From a virus: a stretch of 57,247 bases of DNA. The position numbers and the translations under genes are program-made. The notes below the pieces were generated by a model. It did not search any database, was not told the origin of the DNA, and saw nothing but the letters and a program-made list of their open reading frames with translations. Where the stretch lies: IMG/VR virus record IMGVR_UViG_3300010970_000087, one strand, 5' to 3'. Positions within the stretch are counted from its first letter, which is position 1. Every line of letters begins with the position of its first letter. Positions 41,472 through 51,372 of this stretch are shown piece after piece.

Positions 41472-41827
41472 TAGATAATACAAGAGCGTCTAGATTTAGA
41501 AGTGTTGGTAAAAACCTGACAGCAGGTGCTGCCAACACTGTCTATACCTGCCCTGATAATTTCACTGCTAAGGTGGAGTTGTTATTTGTATGTAACAATA
41601 CAGGTGGCAATAAGACAGTACAAATTACTTGGCATGATCAATCATCAGGACAGACTTTTGCCATTGTTGCTGGTTATGTCGTATCTTCATATAATTTCTT
41701 AAAGTTTGATCAAGCATATCTTGTTCTTAATGCAAAGGATTACATTACCGTCACTCCTGAGGCTGGCAGCACAATGGATGCAACAGTGTCTGTTGAAGAA
41801 TATTTTGATCCAGCAACTAGGGTATAA
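41468..41827 (+). CDS. Hypothetical protein (119 aa)
   Basis: ATGA overlap upstream; beta-rich sequence. Confidence 0.65.
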   Translation: MIDNTRASRFRSVGKNLTAGAANTVYTCPDNFTAKVELLFVCNNTGGNKTVQITWHDQSSGQTFAIVAGYVVSSYNFLKFDQAYLVLNAKDYITVTPEAGSTMDATVSVEEYFDPATRV

Positions 41828-41835
41828 GGAAACAT

Positions 41836-42204
41836 ATGGCTAAAAGAGAACTAAACGAACAACAGAAGAAATTCATTGAGGTGTTATTTGCTGAGGCTGG
41901 AGGCAATCCTGCTAAGGCAAGGCAGCTTGCTGGCTATAGCGAAGGCTATGCTACTAAGATGATTATGGACACCTTGAAGGAAGAAGTGATTGAGGCTACA
42001 CAGCTTTACATTGCTATGAATGCTCCTCGTGCAGCTATGGCTGTAGTGAGTGGCATTGCCGATCCTACAGAGCTAGGCTTGAAAGAGAAGCTCAATGCTG
42101 CTAAGGATTTGTTAGACAGGGCTGGCTTGGTAAAAACAGATAAGGTTCAGATTGAAGCTCCTTCTGGAATTATGATTTTACCAGCCAAAGATAAGAGTGA
42201 GTGA
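41836..42204 (+). CDS. terS: Terminase small subunit (putative)
   Basis: N-terminal HTH-like LNEQQKKFIEVLFAEAGGNPAKARQLAGYSEG; lies upstream of terL. Confidence 0.65.
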   Translation: MAKRELNEQQKKFIEVLFAEAGGNPAKARQLAGYSEGYATKMIMDTLKEEVIEATQLYIAMNAPRAAMAVVSGIADPTELGLKEKLNAAKDLLDRAGLVKTDKVQIEAPSGIMILPAKDKSE

Positions 42205-42670
42205 GAGAGACTTAGGGGCTTGGATATTGCCACAGCCCAGAGATAAGGAAACATATGTACCCATACCAAAGATTGGTAGAACTATACCTTTTGGCTACCG
42301 ACAAGATGAAACAGATCCTGACCTCTTGCAGCCAATACCTGCAGAGCTTGAAGCGCTAGAAAAAGCTAAGAAGCATTTAAAACAGTATCCTTCTAGGCAG
42401 GTAGCTGCTTGGTTAACTAAGGTGAGTGGCAGAGAGATAAGTCATGTTGGTCTTTTAAAGAGAATTAAGAGTGAGCGAAAACACGGATACAAATCCACTA
42501 CTTACCGCAACCTTGCCCGAAGGCTCCAAAAAGCCCTTGAGCAAGCGCAAAGGTACGAAAAGAGGCTCGGCAAAGAAGACCAAACCGGATACTTCGAGTC
42601 AGAAAGCTACACCAAGCTTACCCAATATATCGATAGCAAGCTCGGAGGAGACACCGCTACCACTAGCTGA
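42197..42670 (+). CDS. Putative DNA-binding protein (157 aa) between terS and terL
   Basis: IPFGYRQDE...LEALEKAKKHL...SRQVAAWL...ISHVGLLKRIK suggests an HTH; its 3' 200 nt are also open in the terL frame. Confidence 0.55.
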   Translation: MSERDLGAWILPQPRDKETYVPIPKIGRTIPFGYRQDETDPDLLQPIPAELEALEKAKKHLKQYPSRQVAAWLTKVSGREISHVGLLKRIKSERKHGYKSTTYRNLARRLQKALEQAQRYEKRLGKEDQTGYFESESYTKLTQYIDSKLGGDTATTS

Positions 42671-42680
42671 TGAGAGAGAA

Positions 42681-44069
42681 GTGTTGTTTAAGCCCAACCC
42701 CGGGCCTCAAACATTCTTCCTAGCTTCGTCAGAGAGGGAGGTATTGTATGGTGGTGCTGCTGGTGGAGGTAAATCCTATGCCATGCTTGCTGATCCACTG
42801 AGATATATGGTGCATCCGCAGTTTTCTGGGTTGCTTCTGCGTCACACGACAGAGGAACTTCGAGAACTCATCTGGAAAAGCCAAGAGCTTTATCCAAAGA
42901 TTTATCCCGGCATCAAGTGGAGTGAGAGAAAGATGCAATGGGAAGCACCATCAGGGGCTAGGCTATGGATGTCCTACCTTGATAGAGACGAAGATGTGTT
43001 GAGATATCAGGGTTTGGCGTTTAGCTGGATTGGTTTTGATGAGTTGACGCAGTGGCATACGCCATTTCCGTGGAACTATATGCGTTCTCGCTTGCGTACA
43101 GCAGCGTCAGACCTACCAATCTTCATGAGAGCTACAACAAATCCGGGTGGTCCGGGTCATGCTTGGGTGAAGAAGATGTTTATTGACCCTTCTCCAGCAG
43201 GTAAAGCCTTTGATGCCACTGATATTGAGAGTGGAACCACCCTAGTGTATCCCAAAGGACACAGCAAAGAGGGCTTACCACTGTTTAAGCGTAGGTTTAT
43301 CCCTGCTATGTTGACGGATAACCCCTACTTGATGCAGACAGGTGACTATGAAACCATGTTGTTGTCACTACCTGAGCATCAAAGGAAGCAATTGTTGGAA
43401 GGCAATTGGGATATTGCTGAAGGTGCAGCCTTCCCTGAGTTTAATAGGCAGATACATGTAGTGGAACCGTTCCACATTCCGAGTAATTGGACTAAATTTA
43501 GGGCTTGTGACTATGGATATGGAAGTTATAGTGCTGTGGTGTGGTTTGCTGTGTCTCCAAGTGAGCAATTGGTTATCTATCGTGAGCTATATGTTAGCAA
43601 GGTGCTTGCCAAAGACCTCGCTCACATGGTGATGAGGGCTGAAGAGAACGATGGCCCTATGAGATATGGTGTGTTGGACAGTAGTTGCTGGCATAAGCGT
43701 GGTGATACTGGTCCATCACTGGCAGAACAGATGATTGCAGAGGGGTGTCGATGGAGGCCAGCGGATAGAAGTGCTGGAAGTAGGGTGTCTGGTAAGAATG
43801 AGTTTCATAGAAGATTACAAATAGACCCATTTACAGAACAGCCTAGAATGGTTATAACAAGCAACTGTGTAAATACCATTGCACAGATTCCTGTACTTCC
43901 TTTGGATAAAAAAAATCCAGAGGATATTGATACAAGAGCAGAAGATCATATTTTTGATGCTATACGATACGGAATTATGAGTAGACCTAGAAGTAGTTTG
44001 TTTGATTACAACCCTCTTTACTCTGGTGGTAGTGGTATGAAAATAGCAGATCCTATTATGGGGTATTAA
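42681..44069 (+). CDS. terL: Terminase large subunit
   Basis: Walker A YGGAAGGGKS, Walker B IGFDELTQW, nuclease motifs CDYGYGSYSAVVWFAV and AEDHIFDAIRYG. The start is uncertain: GTG 42681 (chosen), TTG 42684, or GTG 42471 as in the track. Confidence 0.85.
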   Translation: MLFKPNPGPQTFFLASSEREVLYGGAAGGGKSYAMLADPLRYMVHPQFSGLLLRHTTEELRELIWKSQELYPKIYPGIKWSERKMQWEAPSGARLWMSYLDRDEDVLRYQGLAFSWIGFDELTQWHTPFPWNYMRSRLRTAASDLPIFMRATTNPGGPGHAWVKKMFIDPSPAGKAFDATDIESGTTLVYPKGHSKEGLPLFKRRFIPAMLTDNPYLMQTGDYETMLLSLPEHQRKQLLEGNWDIAEGAAFPEFNRQIHVVEPFHIPSNWTKFRACDYGYGSYSAVVWFAVSPSEQLVIYRELYVSKVLAKDLAHMVMRAEENDGPMRYGVLDSSCWHKRGDTGPSLAEQMIAEGCRWRPADRSAGSRVSGKNEFHRRLQIDPFTEQPRMVITSNCVNTIAQIPVLPLDKKNPEDIDTRAEDHIFDAIRYGIMSRPRSSLFDYNPLYSGGSGMKIADPIMGY

Positions 44070-44585
44070 ATGGAAATAATTAGTAGGAAAGAGGCAAAAG
44101 CATCTCAGTTACTTTTTTACTTTACAGGGCTAGAGTGCCCTCATGGGCATATGTCACAGCGTTACACAACAACAGCTAACTGCGTTATGTGCCATGCTGT
44201 TTATCATTCGAGTGATGCACAAAAAGATAAACAAAAAAAGTATAGAGAACTATCAAAAGATAAAAAAGCAATCTATGACAGGAAGTTCTCTAAAGAAAAT
44301 GCAGCCTATAGAAATTCTTTAAAATCAGCTAACAGGGCAAAAAGAAAACAGCGTATTGTTTCTTGGGATCAAGAACTTACTTCTTTTGTTACAATAGAGG
44401 CTTACAATTTAGCTAAACTTCGAAACAAAGTTACTGGTATTGAGTGGCATATAGATCATGTTATACCTCTATGTGGTACAAATGTGTGCGGCTTTCATGT
44501 GTGGAATAATTTAGCTGTTATTCCTGCTCAGGTAAATCTGAGTAAAGGTAATAAATTTAAATTGGAACAATATGGCAACAAATAA
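44070..44585 (+). CDS. HNH endonuclease (171 aa) between terL and portal
   Basis: CPHGH...CVMC then WHIDHVIPLCGTNVCGFHVWNNLAVIPAQVNLSKGNK; starts 1 nt after the terL stop. Confidence 0.8.
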   Translation: MEIISRKEAKASQLLFYFTGLECPHGHMSQRYTTTANCVMCHAVYHSSDAQKDKQKKYRELSKDKKAIYDRKFSKENAAYRNSLKSANRAKRKQRIVSWDQELTSFVTIEAYNLAKLRNKVTGIEWHIDHVIPLCGTNVCGFHVWNNLAVIPAQVNLSKGNKFKLEQYGNK

Positions 44586-46659
44586 TTTTATGGACGATAA
44601 GTCTATTAGTTTAGGAGACAAGAAAGAAAATGAAGCTGCTCCTTTTATGGGCAGTTCTCTTTTAGTCTATCTAAATGAAAGATATACAAAGTCTGAAGAG
44701 AGCCGTAGACGAGATGAAGAGCGTTGGTTAAGGGCTTATCGTAACTATCGTGGGCTGTATGGTCCTGATGTTAAGTTTACTGAGACAGAGAAGTCTCGTG
44801 TGTTTATTAAGGTGACAAAGACCAAGGTGCTTGCAGCATATGGTCAAATCACTGATGTGTTATTTGCCAATAACAAGTTTCCTCTTAGTGTTGATCCAAC
44901 TGTATTGCCAGAAGGCGTAGTTGATTCTGTACATATCGATCCTAAAGCACCACAAGGTGCTGAGCCTGAAGTAGTTTCTCCTTTTGGTTACAAAGGTGAT
45001 GGTAAAGATCTAGCACCGGGTGCTACACTTTCATCATTGATGGACAAGCTTGGTCCTTTGAAGGATGTTCTCAAAGATACTAAAGATTTAAAAGAAGGTC
45101 CGGGTGTAACTCCTTCATCCATTACATTCCATCCTGCTATGGTGGCAGCTAAGAAGATGGAGAAGAAGATACATGACCAGTTGGATGAGAGTGGTGCTAA
45201 TAAGCATCTACGATCTACAGCTTTTGAGATGTCTCTTTTTGGTACAGGCATCATGAAGGGTCCTTTTGCTAAGACTAAGGAATATCCAAACTGGGATGAG
45301 GATGGTACATATAAGCCTGAGATGAAGACAGTACCAGAAACATCACATGTGTCTATCTGGAACTTCTATCCTGATCCTGATGCTACCAACATGGAAGAAG
45401 CTCAGTATGTTATTGAGCGTCACAAGCTAAGTGCTACACAACTTAGAGCTTTGAAGAACAGACCTTTGTTCAGGGCTAATGTCATTGAAGAAGTTATTGA
45501 AGCTGGTGCTTCTTATGTTAAGAAGTACTGGGAAGATGACTTAAGAGACTATGCTCCCAACTTAGGTACAGATAGATTTGAAGTGTTGGAATATTGGGGT
45601 AATGTTGATGTTGAGATGCTCAACGAGAATGACATTACAATTCCAAAAGAATTGGAAGACTATAAAGAACTTCAAGCTAACGTGTGGTTTTGCAATGGCA
45701 AAATTATGCGCTTAGTGTTGAATCCATTTAAGCCAGCCAACATTCCGTATTATGCGGCTCCTTGCGAACTAAACCCCTACTCTCTATTTGGCATTGGTGT
45801 TGCCGAAAACATGGACGACACCCAGACCCTCATGAATGGTTTTATGCGTATGGCGGTGGATAATGCTGTGTTGTCTGGCAACCTTGTGTTTGAGGTTGAT
45901 GAAACCAACCTTGTTCCCGGACAGGACATGACTGTATATCCGGGTAAAGTGTTTAGGCGACAGGGTGGTGCACCCGGTCAAAGCTTGTTTGGTACTAAGT
46001 TTCCTAACGTAGCTGCTGAGAACTTGCAACTGTTTGATAAGGCAAGACAACTTGCTGACGAATCTACAGGTATGCCATCCTTTTCACACGGACAAACAGG
46101 TGTGAGTGGTGTTGGTAGAACAGCCTCTGGCATTTCTATGTTGATGAATGCTGCTTCTGGCAGTGTTAAAACCATCATCAAGAATGTGGATGATTATTTG
46201 TTAGCTCCATTGGGTAAAGCTTTCTTTAGCTTCAACATGCAATTTGACTTTGATAAATCTATCAAGGGAGACTTGGAAGTTACAGCTAGAGGTACAGAAA
46301 GCTTGATGGCTAATGAGGTGAGAAGCCAACGCTTGATGCAGTTTTTGCAGATTGCTAGTTCTCCTGCATTGATGCCCTTTGCTAAGTTCCCTTACATCAT
46401 TCGTGAGATTGCTAAGAGTATGGACTTAGATCCAGACAAGGTTACTAACAACATGGAAGAAGCAATGCGTCAAGCATTGTTGATGCAGCAAGCTACTGCT
46501 CCTGCTGCTCCAGCAGAGGGTGCTCCTCCTGTTGGTGGTCCACCTCCAGTGGCTGATATGACTGGTGGTGGTGGTGGAAATATTGGCGTTGGTGCTGCAC
46601 CAGTGCCGGGTGAACAAGGATTTGCTGGTAATGTCCAAGCCGTACCTCCCCAAGCTTAA
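44572..46659 (+). CDS. Portal protein
   Basis: 695 aa directly after terL/HNH. N-terminal EERWLRAYRNYRGLY motif is typical of podovirus portals; Pro/Gly/Ala-rich C-terminal tail. Confidence 0.8.
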   Translation: MATNNFMDDKSISLGDKKENEAAPFMGSSLLVYLNERYTKSEESRRRDEERWLRAYRNYRGLYGPDVKFTETEKSRVFIKVTKTKVLAAYGQITDVLFANNKFPLSVDPTVLPEGVVDSVHIDPKAPQGAEPEVVSPFGYKGDGKDLAPGATLSSLMDKLGPLKDVLKDTKDLKEGPGVTPSSITFHPAMVAAKKMEKKIHDQLDESGANKHLRSTAFEMSLFGTGIMKGPFAKTKEYPNWDEDGTYKPEMKTVPETSHVSIWNFYPDPDATNMEEAQYVIERHKLSATQLRALKNRPLFRANVIEEVIEAGASYVKKYWEDDLRDYAPNLGTDRFEVLEYWGNVDVEMLNENDITIPKELEDYKELQANVWFCNGKIMRLVLNPFKPANIPYYAAPCELNPYSLFGIGVAENMDDTQTLMNGFMRMAVDNAVLSGNLVFEVDETNLVPGQDMTVYPGKVFRRQGGAPGQSLFGTKFPNVAAENLQLFDKARQLADESTGMPSFSHGQTGVSGVGRTASGISMLMNAASGSVKTIIKNVDDYLLAPLGKAFFSFNMQFDFDKSIKGDLEVTARGTESLMANEVRSQRLMQFLQIASSPALMPFAKFPYIIREIAKSMDLDPDKVTNNMEEAMRQALLMQQATAPAAPAEGAPPVGGPPPVADMTGGGGGNIGVGAAPVPGEQGFAGNVQAVPPQA

Positions 46660-46843
46660 AGGCTTTGTAAACACTAACGCTACATGGGAAGCGTTCTTAG
46701 AGATGCTAGATGCTGACATTGCTCAGCAGCATAAAAACTTAGAACAAGCTACTGATGTTCGTGAGATTGGAAAGGCTCAAGGAGCCATTGCTGCTTTACG
46801 CAGACTAAGTTATCTTAAGGATGAAGTTAATGTACACAAATGA
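46631..46843 (+). CDS. Hypothetical protein (70 aa)
   Basis: Start at MSKPYLPKL (ATG 46631), overlapping the portal end by 29 nt. Confidence 0.5.
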   Translation: MSKPYLPKLKGFVNTNATWEAFLEMLDADIAQQHKNLEQATDVREIGKAQGAIAALRRLSYLKDEVNVHK

Positions 46844-48548
46844 TACAGAGCGACTGTTTGCTGAAGGCGGCATGAATGATGAAGGCGGCACAGTAGATCC
46901 TGTGTCTGGTAATGAAGTTCCTCCCGGATCTCTACAGAATGAAGTGAGAGATGATATTGATGCTAAGCTTAGCGAGGGAGAGTTTGTTATTCCTGCTGAT
47001 GTTGTTAGATACATTGGTCTTGAAAGATTGATGAAACTTCGTGATGAAGCTAAGCAGGGATTGTCTCGCATGGCAGAGATCGGTCAGATGGGTAATGCTG
47101 ATCAAGTAGAAAACCCAGAAGCTTTACATGAAGGTGATGAAGGCTTTGAATCAGAGATTGATGACATCATGTCTGAGGTTGATGGTGAACAAATGGGTGA
47201 GCCTAAGTTTGCTCGTGGTGGTGTTGTTAAAGTACCAGAGGCAAGCAAAGACATCTTAGCTAAATATAACATTCAAAGAACAGCCATTACAAATCCAGCT
47301 AATGATGTAAGACTTTTGAAGAATGCTGCTGGTGATTCTTTGTACATGACCTATTTCAATGGTAAGCCTTCTGGAAAGATACCTGCAGGATATTCTGTTG
47401 TTGATGCAAACCCCGCAAGTAGAATGGCAGGACCAACTACAACACCCGCAGCACCTGCGACAGGTGTAGCAAACCCAACAAACATTGTTGCAACTGGTGG
47501 AGGTGGAGGCAGACCAATGCCCACATCTATAACTCCCAATACAATTAATGCAGTTAATGTAGTTACACCTGATGTTCCTGCAGAGAAAACTTCAACTACT
47601 GCACCTGCGGAAACAACTCCTCCTTCTGGTCCTGCTGTTAATGCTGCCTTTATGGGAGACAAAGGACAAGGTGTTAATTCCTATGGTGGTTCTATTACCG
47701 CCACTGATACAGGTGCTGTAAGTACAGGAATAGGCGGCTTCACATTAAATCCAGACGGTACTGTCACAGCGAACACTGTTGATAGAACAGTGATGACTGT
47801 TGCTGGTATGGTGAATCCTTTATTGGGTATGGCTGCTAGAGTTAATAATGCTCTAGCTACTAGCTCTGCTAAAGCTTTCTCAGCATCCATTGCTGACACT
47901 GGGGGTACAAATCTAAACGCTACACAACCAGCAGCTACAGCAGGTCCAGAATCTAAGGGAGGCACTGGAGGCACTGCTGCTACGGCTGCTTCCCAAGCTG
48001 CTTCTGAAGCCACTAGTAGTGGTATGAGTGATGCTGCTGTAGGTGCTGCAAGCCAAGCTGCTGCAAACACTATTGTCAAAGGTGGCTCAGCTTCTGAAGC
48101 TGCTCAAGCTGGTAGAGATGCTGCCAATACTGTTGCAAATACAGAAGCTAAAGCAGCAGAGCCAGCTTCTCAACAAACTGCCACTGATATAGCTCTTGGT
48201 GGTCAAGGGGGTAGTGCAGGTGCTGATAGTTTGACTAGTGGTGAGCCTACTGCAGGTCGCCAAGAAACTGGTGGTGGTGAAGCTGCTGCGGGAGGTGGTG
48301 AAGCTGCTGGTGGTGGAGGCGAAGCTGGTGGTGGTGAAGTAGGCGGTGGTGAAGCTGATGCAAGTGGAGAAACACCATATGTAGGTGGAGCAAGTATGAC
48401 TGCTGTCGATGGCTTTGGTAGCTCTTTTGCAGCTAAACCTATGGAACAAGAAGCTCAAGTTCTTGCTGTAGCTAAAGGTGGTCTTATTACTAAGCGTGTT
48501 AAAAAGACAACATCTGCTCAAAAAAGAGGCATTGCTTCTAGGAAATAA
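46821..48548 (+). CDS. Virion/assembly protein (575 aa) with conserved N-terminal LSEGEFVIPADVVRYIG motif and low-complexity Ala/Gly/Thr body
   Basis: DPVSGNEVPPGSLQNEVRDDIDAKLSEGEFVIPADVVRYIG occurs in many marine podovirus post-portal genes (recollection). The GGGEA repeats are followed by a VAKGGLITKRVKK tail. Confidence 0.6.
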   Translation: MKLMYTNDTERLFAEGGMNDEGGTVDPVSGNEVPPGSLQNEVRDDIDAKLSEGEFVIPADVVRYIGLERLMKLRDEAKQGLSRMAEIGQMGNADQVENPEALHEGDEGFESEIDDIMSEVDGEQMGEPKFARGGVVKVPEASKDILAKYNIQRTAITNPANDVRLLKNAAGDSLYMTYFNGKPSGKIPAGYSVVDANPASRMAGPTTTPAAPATGVANPTNIVATGGGGGRPMPTSITPNTINAVNVVTPDVPAEKTSTTAPAETTPPSGPAVNAAFMGDKGQGVNSYGGSITATDTGAVSTGIGGFTLNPDGTVTANTVDRTVMTVAGMVNPLLGMAARVNNALATSSAKAFSASIADTGGTNLNATQPAATAGPESKGGTGGTAATAASQAASEATSSGMSDAAVGAASQAAANTIVKGGSASEAAQAGRDAANTVANTEAKAAEPASQQTATDIALGGQGGSAGADSLTSGEPTAGRQETGGGEAAAGGGEAAGGGGEAGGGEVGGGEADASGETPYVGGASMTAVDGFGSSFAAKPMEQEAQVLAVAKGGLITKRVKKTTSAQKRGIASRK

Positions 48549-48553
48549 TACTA

Positions 48554-48594
48554 TATAATTAGAATACTCAAGCCAGAGGTGGGCTGGCGAGTAT
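48554..48594 (+). promoter_or_regulatory. TATAAT box followed by an 11-bp bulged hairpin upstream of the scaffold gene
   Basis: TATAAT at 48554-48559; ATACTC-aa-GCCAG-aggtggg-CTGGC-GAGTAT at 48564-48594. Confidence 0.35.
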
Positions 48595-48667
48595 CAACAA
48601 TTTCCCACCATATGGCTACCTATCTCCCTGCAATGCAGCTACAGTTAGCCCCAACTTAAAGGTAAAT

Positions 48668-49528
48668 ATGACAGAAGCAGTGATTAACCAGAACCAACAG
48701 GCTCAGGCGTTCTCTCCCTTTGGTAAGCGTAATGCTAACAAAGATCGTATTGAACAAGAGGAAGCAGAGCTTAAGCGCTTGGCTGAAGATAAGAACAATC
48801 CACCAGAAGGAAACGATGGTGATGATAGTAACTTAAGCGCAGAAGAGAAAAGCTTTAAGAAGCGTTACGGAGATCTGCGTAGACATTCTCAGCAACAGCA
48901 AGTGACATTGCAAAAGCAAATTGATGAACTGCGTTCTCAGCTACAGAGCAGTACAGAGAAACAAATTAAACTTCCTAAGAGTGAGGAAGAGTTGAACGAG
49001 TGGGCTAAGACCTATCCTGATGTTGCAAAGATTGTTGAAACCATTGCAATTAAAAAGGCTAAGGAGCAAACTCAAGCATTGGATGAGCGCTTTAAACAGC
49101 TTGATGAACGTGAACATCAAACAGCTAAAGAAAAAGCAGAAGCTGAATTGATGCGTCTGCATCCAGACTTCGACTCCATCCGTGATGATGATGACTTCCA
49201 CAACTGGGTTGAAGATCAACCTAAGTGGGTGCAAGACGCTTTGTATGATAATGACAGTGATGCAAGGGCTGCTGCTCGTGCCATTGATCTTTACAAGGCT
49301 GATAAGAACATTAAGACGAGAAAGACTAACTCAGATAAGGGTGCGGCAGAGAGTGTTAACACCCGTGGTAGTCGTTCTGCGCCTACTGGCGAAAGCAAAG
49401 ATGGTGTCTTTTATGAGTCACAGGTAAATAAAATGTCCATCCTTGAGTATGAAAAGAACCAAGAAGCTATTGCTAAAGCATTACAATCAGGTAAGTTTGT
49501 ATACGATGTTAGTGGTAATGCTCGTTAA
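48668..49528 (+). CDS. Scaffolding protein (putative)
   Basis: 286 aa, highly charged coiled-coil sequence, upstream of the major capsid gene. Confidence 0.55.
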   Translation: MTEAVINQNQQAQAFSPFGKRNANKDRIEQEEAELKRLAEDKNNPPEGNDGDDSNLSAEEKSFKKRYGDLRRHSQQQQVTLQKQIDELRSQLQSSTEKQIKLPKSEEELNEWAKTYPDVAKIVETIAIKKAKEQTQALDERFKQLDEREHQTAKEKAEAELMRLHPDFDSIRDDDDFHNWVEDQPKWVQDALYDNDSDARAAARAIDLYKADKNIKTRKTNSDKGAAESVNTRGSRSAPTGESKDGVFYESQVNKMSILEYEKNQEAIAKALQSGKFVYDVSGNAR

Positions 49529-49531
49529 GTA

Positions 49532-49559
49532 TTGACAAACTTAAAACAACTGGTATAAC
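49532..49559 (+). promoter_or_regulatory. Sigma70-like promoter TTGACA-N16-TGgTATAAC in front of an HNH gene
   Basis: Perfect -35 at 49532-49537 and TG-extended -10 at 49551-49559; followed by the perfect 7-bp hairpin GACTGTG-ccaatc-CACAGTC at 49589-49608. Confidence 0.5.
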
Positions 49560-49635
49560 TTTAACAGAGCGAAGAGGGTAGCTCCCCTGACTGTGCCAAT
49601 CCACAGTCTAGCTCTTTATCTGATTGGGGATAGTT

Positions 49636-50211
49636 ATGGAAAATTGTAAGACTTGTGGTCAATGTAAGATCACTAAAAATATTTCTGAGTTTCATAAAGA
49701 TAAAACAAAGAAGTTTGGTGTTGGTAGCGCATGTAAGACATGTGCCAAAGAAATTTCTTATAAATACTATTTAAAAAATTCTGAAGGTATTCGTAAGAGA
49801 ACTTCTATATATGCTAAGTCATACACACCTAAGTTTAATAGAGAAATAGATTCTAGATTAAGAAATCTGTGTACTAAAGCTAAAGGTAGAACAAAAGAAT
49901 TTAATCTTGTAGATCTTGACTTATTAGATCTATGGGGTAAACAAGATGGTCGATGTGCTTATACTAAATTGCCGCTGCTTGCAACAGCCAACCAATTTAA
50001 TACAGTGAGCCTCGATAGAGTAGATAGTAGTAAAGGCTATGTTGTTGGAAACATTCAACTTGTCTGTGCAGCTATCAATAAGATGAAACAGGAATATTCT
50101 GAAGAGATGTTCATTCTGTTTTGTCTGTTAGTAACGCAAAACAATAAACTGTCAGAATCACCTGAAAGTTTGTTAGCCCGTTATGTTCCATTGGGCACAG
50201 TGGACAAGTAA
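49636..50211 (+). CDS. HNH homing-type endonuclease (191 aa), paralog group A
   Basis: CKTCGQC...CKTC then LDRVDSSKGYVVGNIQLVCAAINKMK; inserted between the scaffold and capsid genes. Confidence 0.8.
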   Translation: MENCKTCGQCKITKNISEFHKDKTKKFGVGSACKTCAKEISYKYYLKNSEGIRKRTSIYAKSYTPKFNREIDSRLRNLCTKAKGRTKEFNLVDLDLLDLWGKQDGRCAYTKLPLLATANQFNTVSLDRVDSSKGYVVGNIQLVCAAINKMKQEYSEEMFILFCLLVTQNNKLSESPESLLARYVPLGTVDK

Positions 50212-50290
50212 TGTACCTAACAAATTCAGCCTCTGTAGTGATGTTGAGCGTATTTAAATATATGCCAATATATCTATAGGAGATTATAAA

Positions 50291-51361
50291 ATGGCTTTTC
50301 CAAGTGCTGCTGGATATGGATCACTTCCAAATGGAGCGTTCAGTCCAGTTATTTATTCAAAGCAAGTACAACTTGCATTCCGCAAAGCTTCTACTGTTGA
50401 AGACATTACAAACAATGACTACTTCGGTGAGATTGCTAATATGGGGGATAGTGTCAAGATCATTAAAGAGCCAGAGGTTAGCGTACAGAGCTATGCTCGT
50501 GGTACACAGATCACTGCTCAAGACTTGAATGATGAAGACTTCACCTTGGTTGTTGACCAAGCTAACTACTACGCTTTCAAGATTGATGACATCGAAGCAG
50601 CTCACTCACATGTGAACTTCATGCAGATGGCTTCTGATCGTGCTGCGTATCGTTTGCGTGATCAGTATGACCAAGATGTGTTGGGTTACTTGTCTGGCTT
50701 CTCACAGTCTGCTAAGCATGTGAATCCTGATACAGCCCGTACTTCTGCTTCTGGCACTAAGGCCGTCTCTGCCGCTGGCGCTGACGAACTCTTGGCTTCT
50801 ATGAAGTTGAAAAAGGGTAGCTTTGGTAACATCACCACAGCTTCTGCTGGTGATCATTCCATTCCTTTGGCTCCTCGCCTTCCCGGTGCAACAGCTTTGC
50901 CTACCGATGTAGCTTCTCCTTTGATGGTGGTTGCTCGTATGGGTCGCTTGTTGGATCAACAGTTTGTTGACTCTGCTGGTCGTTGGTTGGTGGTCGATCC
51001 CGTGTTCATCGAAATGTTGAAAGACGAAGACAGCCGCTTGTTGAACGGTGACTTTGGTGGTTCTGGTTTGCAGAACGGCTTGGTCATTAACAACTTGCAT
51101 GGCTTCCGTATTTATGTTTCTAACAACCTGCCCAAGATTGGCACTGGTCCCGGTACTTCTGGTACTGCTAACCAGAACTCCAACTATGGCGTGATTGTTG
51201 GTGGTCATGATTCTGCTGTTGCTTCTGCTCAGCAAATCACCAAGACTGAGACATATCGTGATCCCGACAGCTTCGCTGACATCGTGCGTGGTATGCATCT
51301 TTATGGTCGCAAAATCTTGCGTCCTGAAGGCATCGTCACTGCTAAATACAACGCTGCTTAA
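50291..51361 (+). CDS. Major capsid protein
   Basis: 356 aa behind a TAGGAGA SD, following the scaffold gene. Codon usage differs visibly from neighbouring genes (many ggt/gct/cgt/ctt codons; impression by eye). The N-terminal ...PVIYSKQVQLAFRKASTVEDITNNDYFGEIANMGDSVKI pattern is typical of podovirus coat proteins. Confidence 0.8.
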   Translation: MAFPSAAGYGSLPNGAFSPVIYSKQVQLAFRKASTVEDITNNDYFGEIANMGDSVKIIKEPEVSVQSYARGTQITAQDLNDEDFTLVVDQANYYAFKIDDIEAAHSHVNFMQMASDRAAYRLRDQYDQDVLGYLSGFSQSAKHVNPDTARTSASGTKAVSAAGADELLASMKLKKGSFGNITTASAGDHSIPLAPRLPGATALPTDVASPLMVVARMGRLLDQQFVDSAGRWLVVDPVFIEMLKDEDSRLLNGDFGGSGLQNGLVINNLHGFRIYVSNNLPKIGTGPGTSGTANQNSNYGVIVGGHDSAVASAQQITKTETYRDPDSFADIVRGMHLYGRKILRPEGIVTAKYNAA

Positions 51362-51372
51362 GGAGAAACATT

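Noticed and set aside
42471-42680. The track start (GTG 42471) as the terL start.
   Set aside because: It would overlap the upstream gene by 200 nt. The conserved TerL core begins just after the upstream stop, where in-frame GTG and TTG codons exist. It is kept as an open question in the findings.
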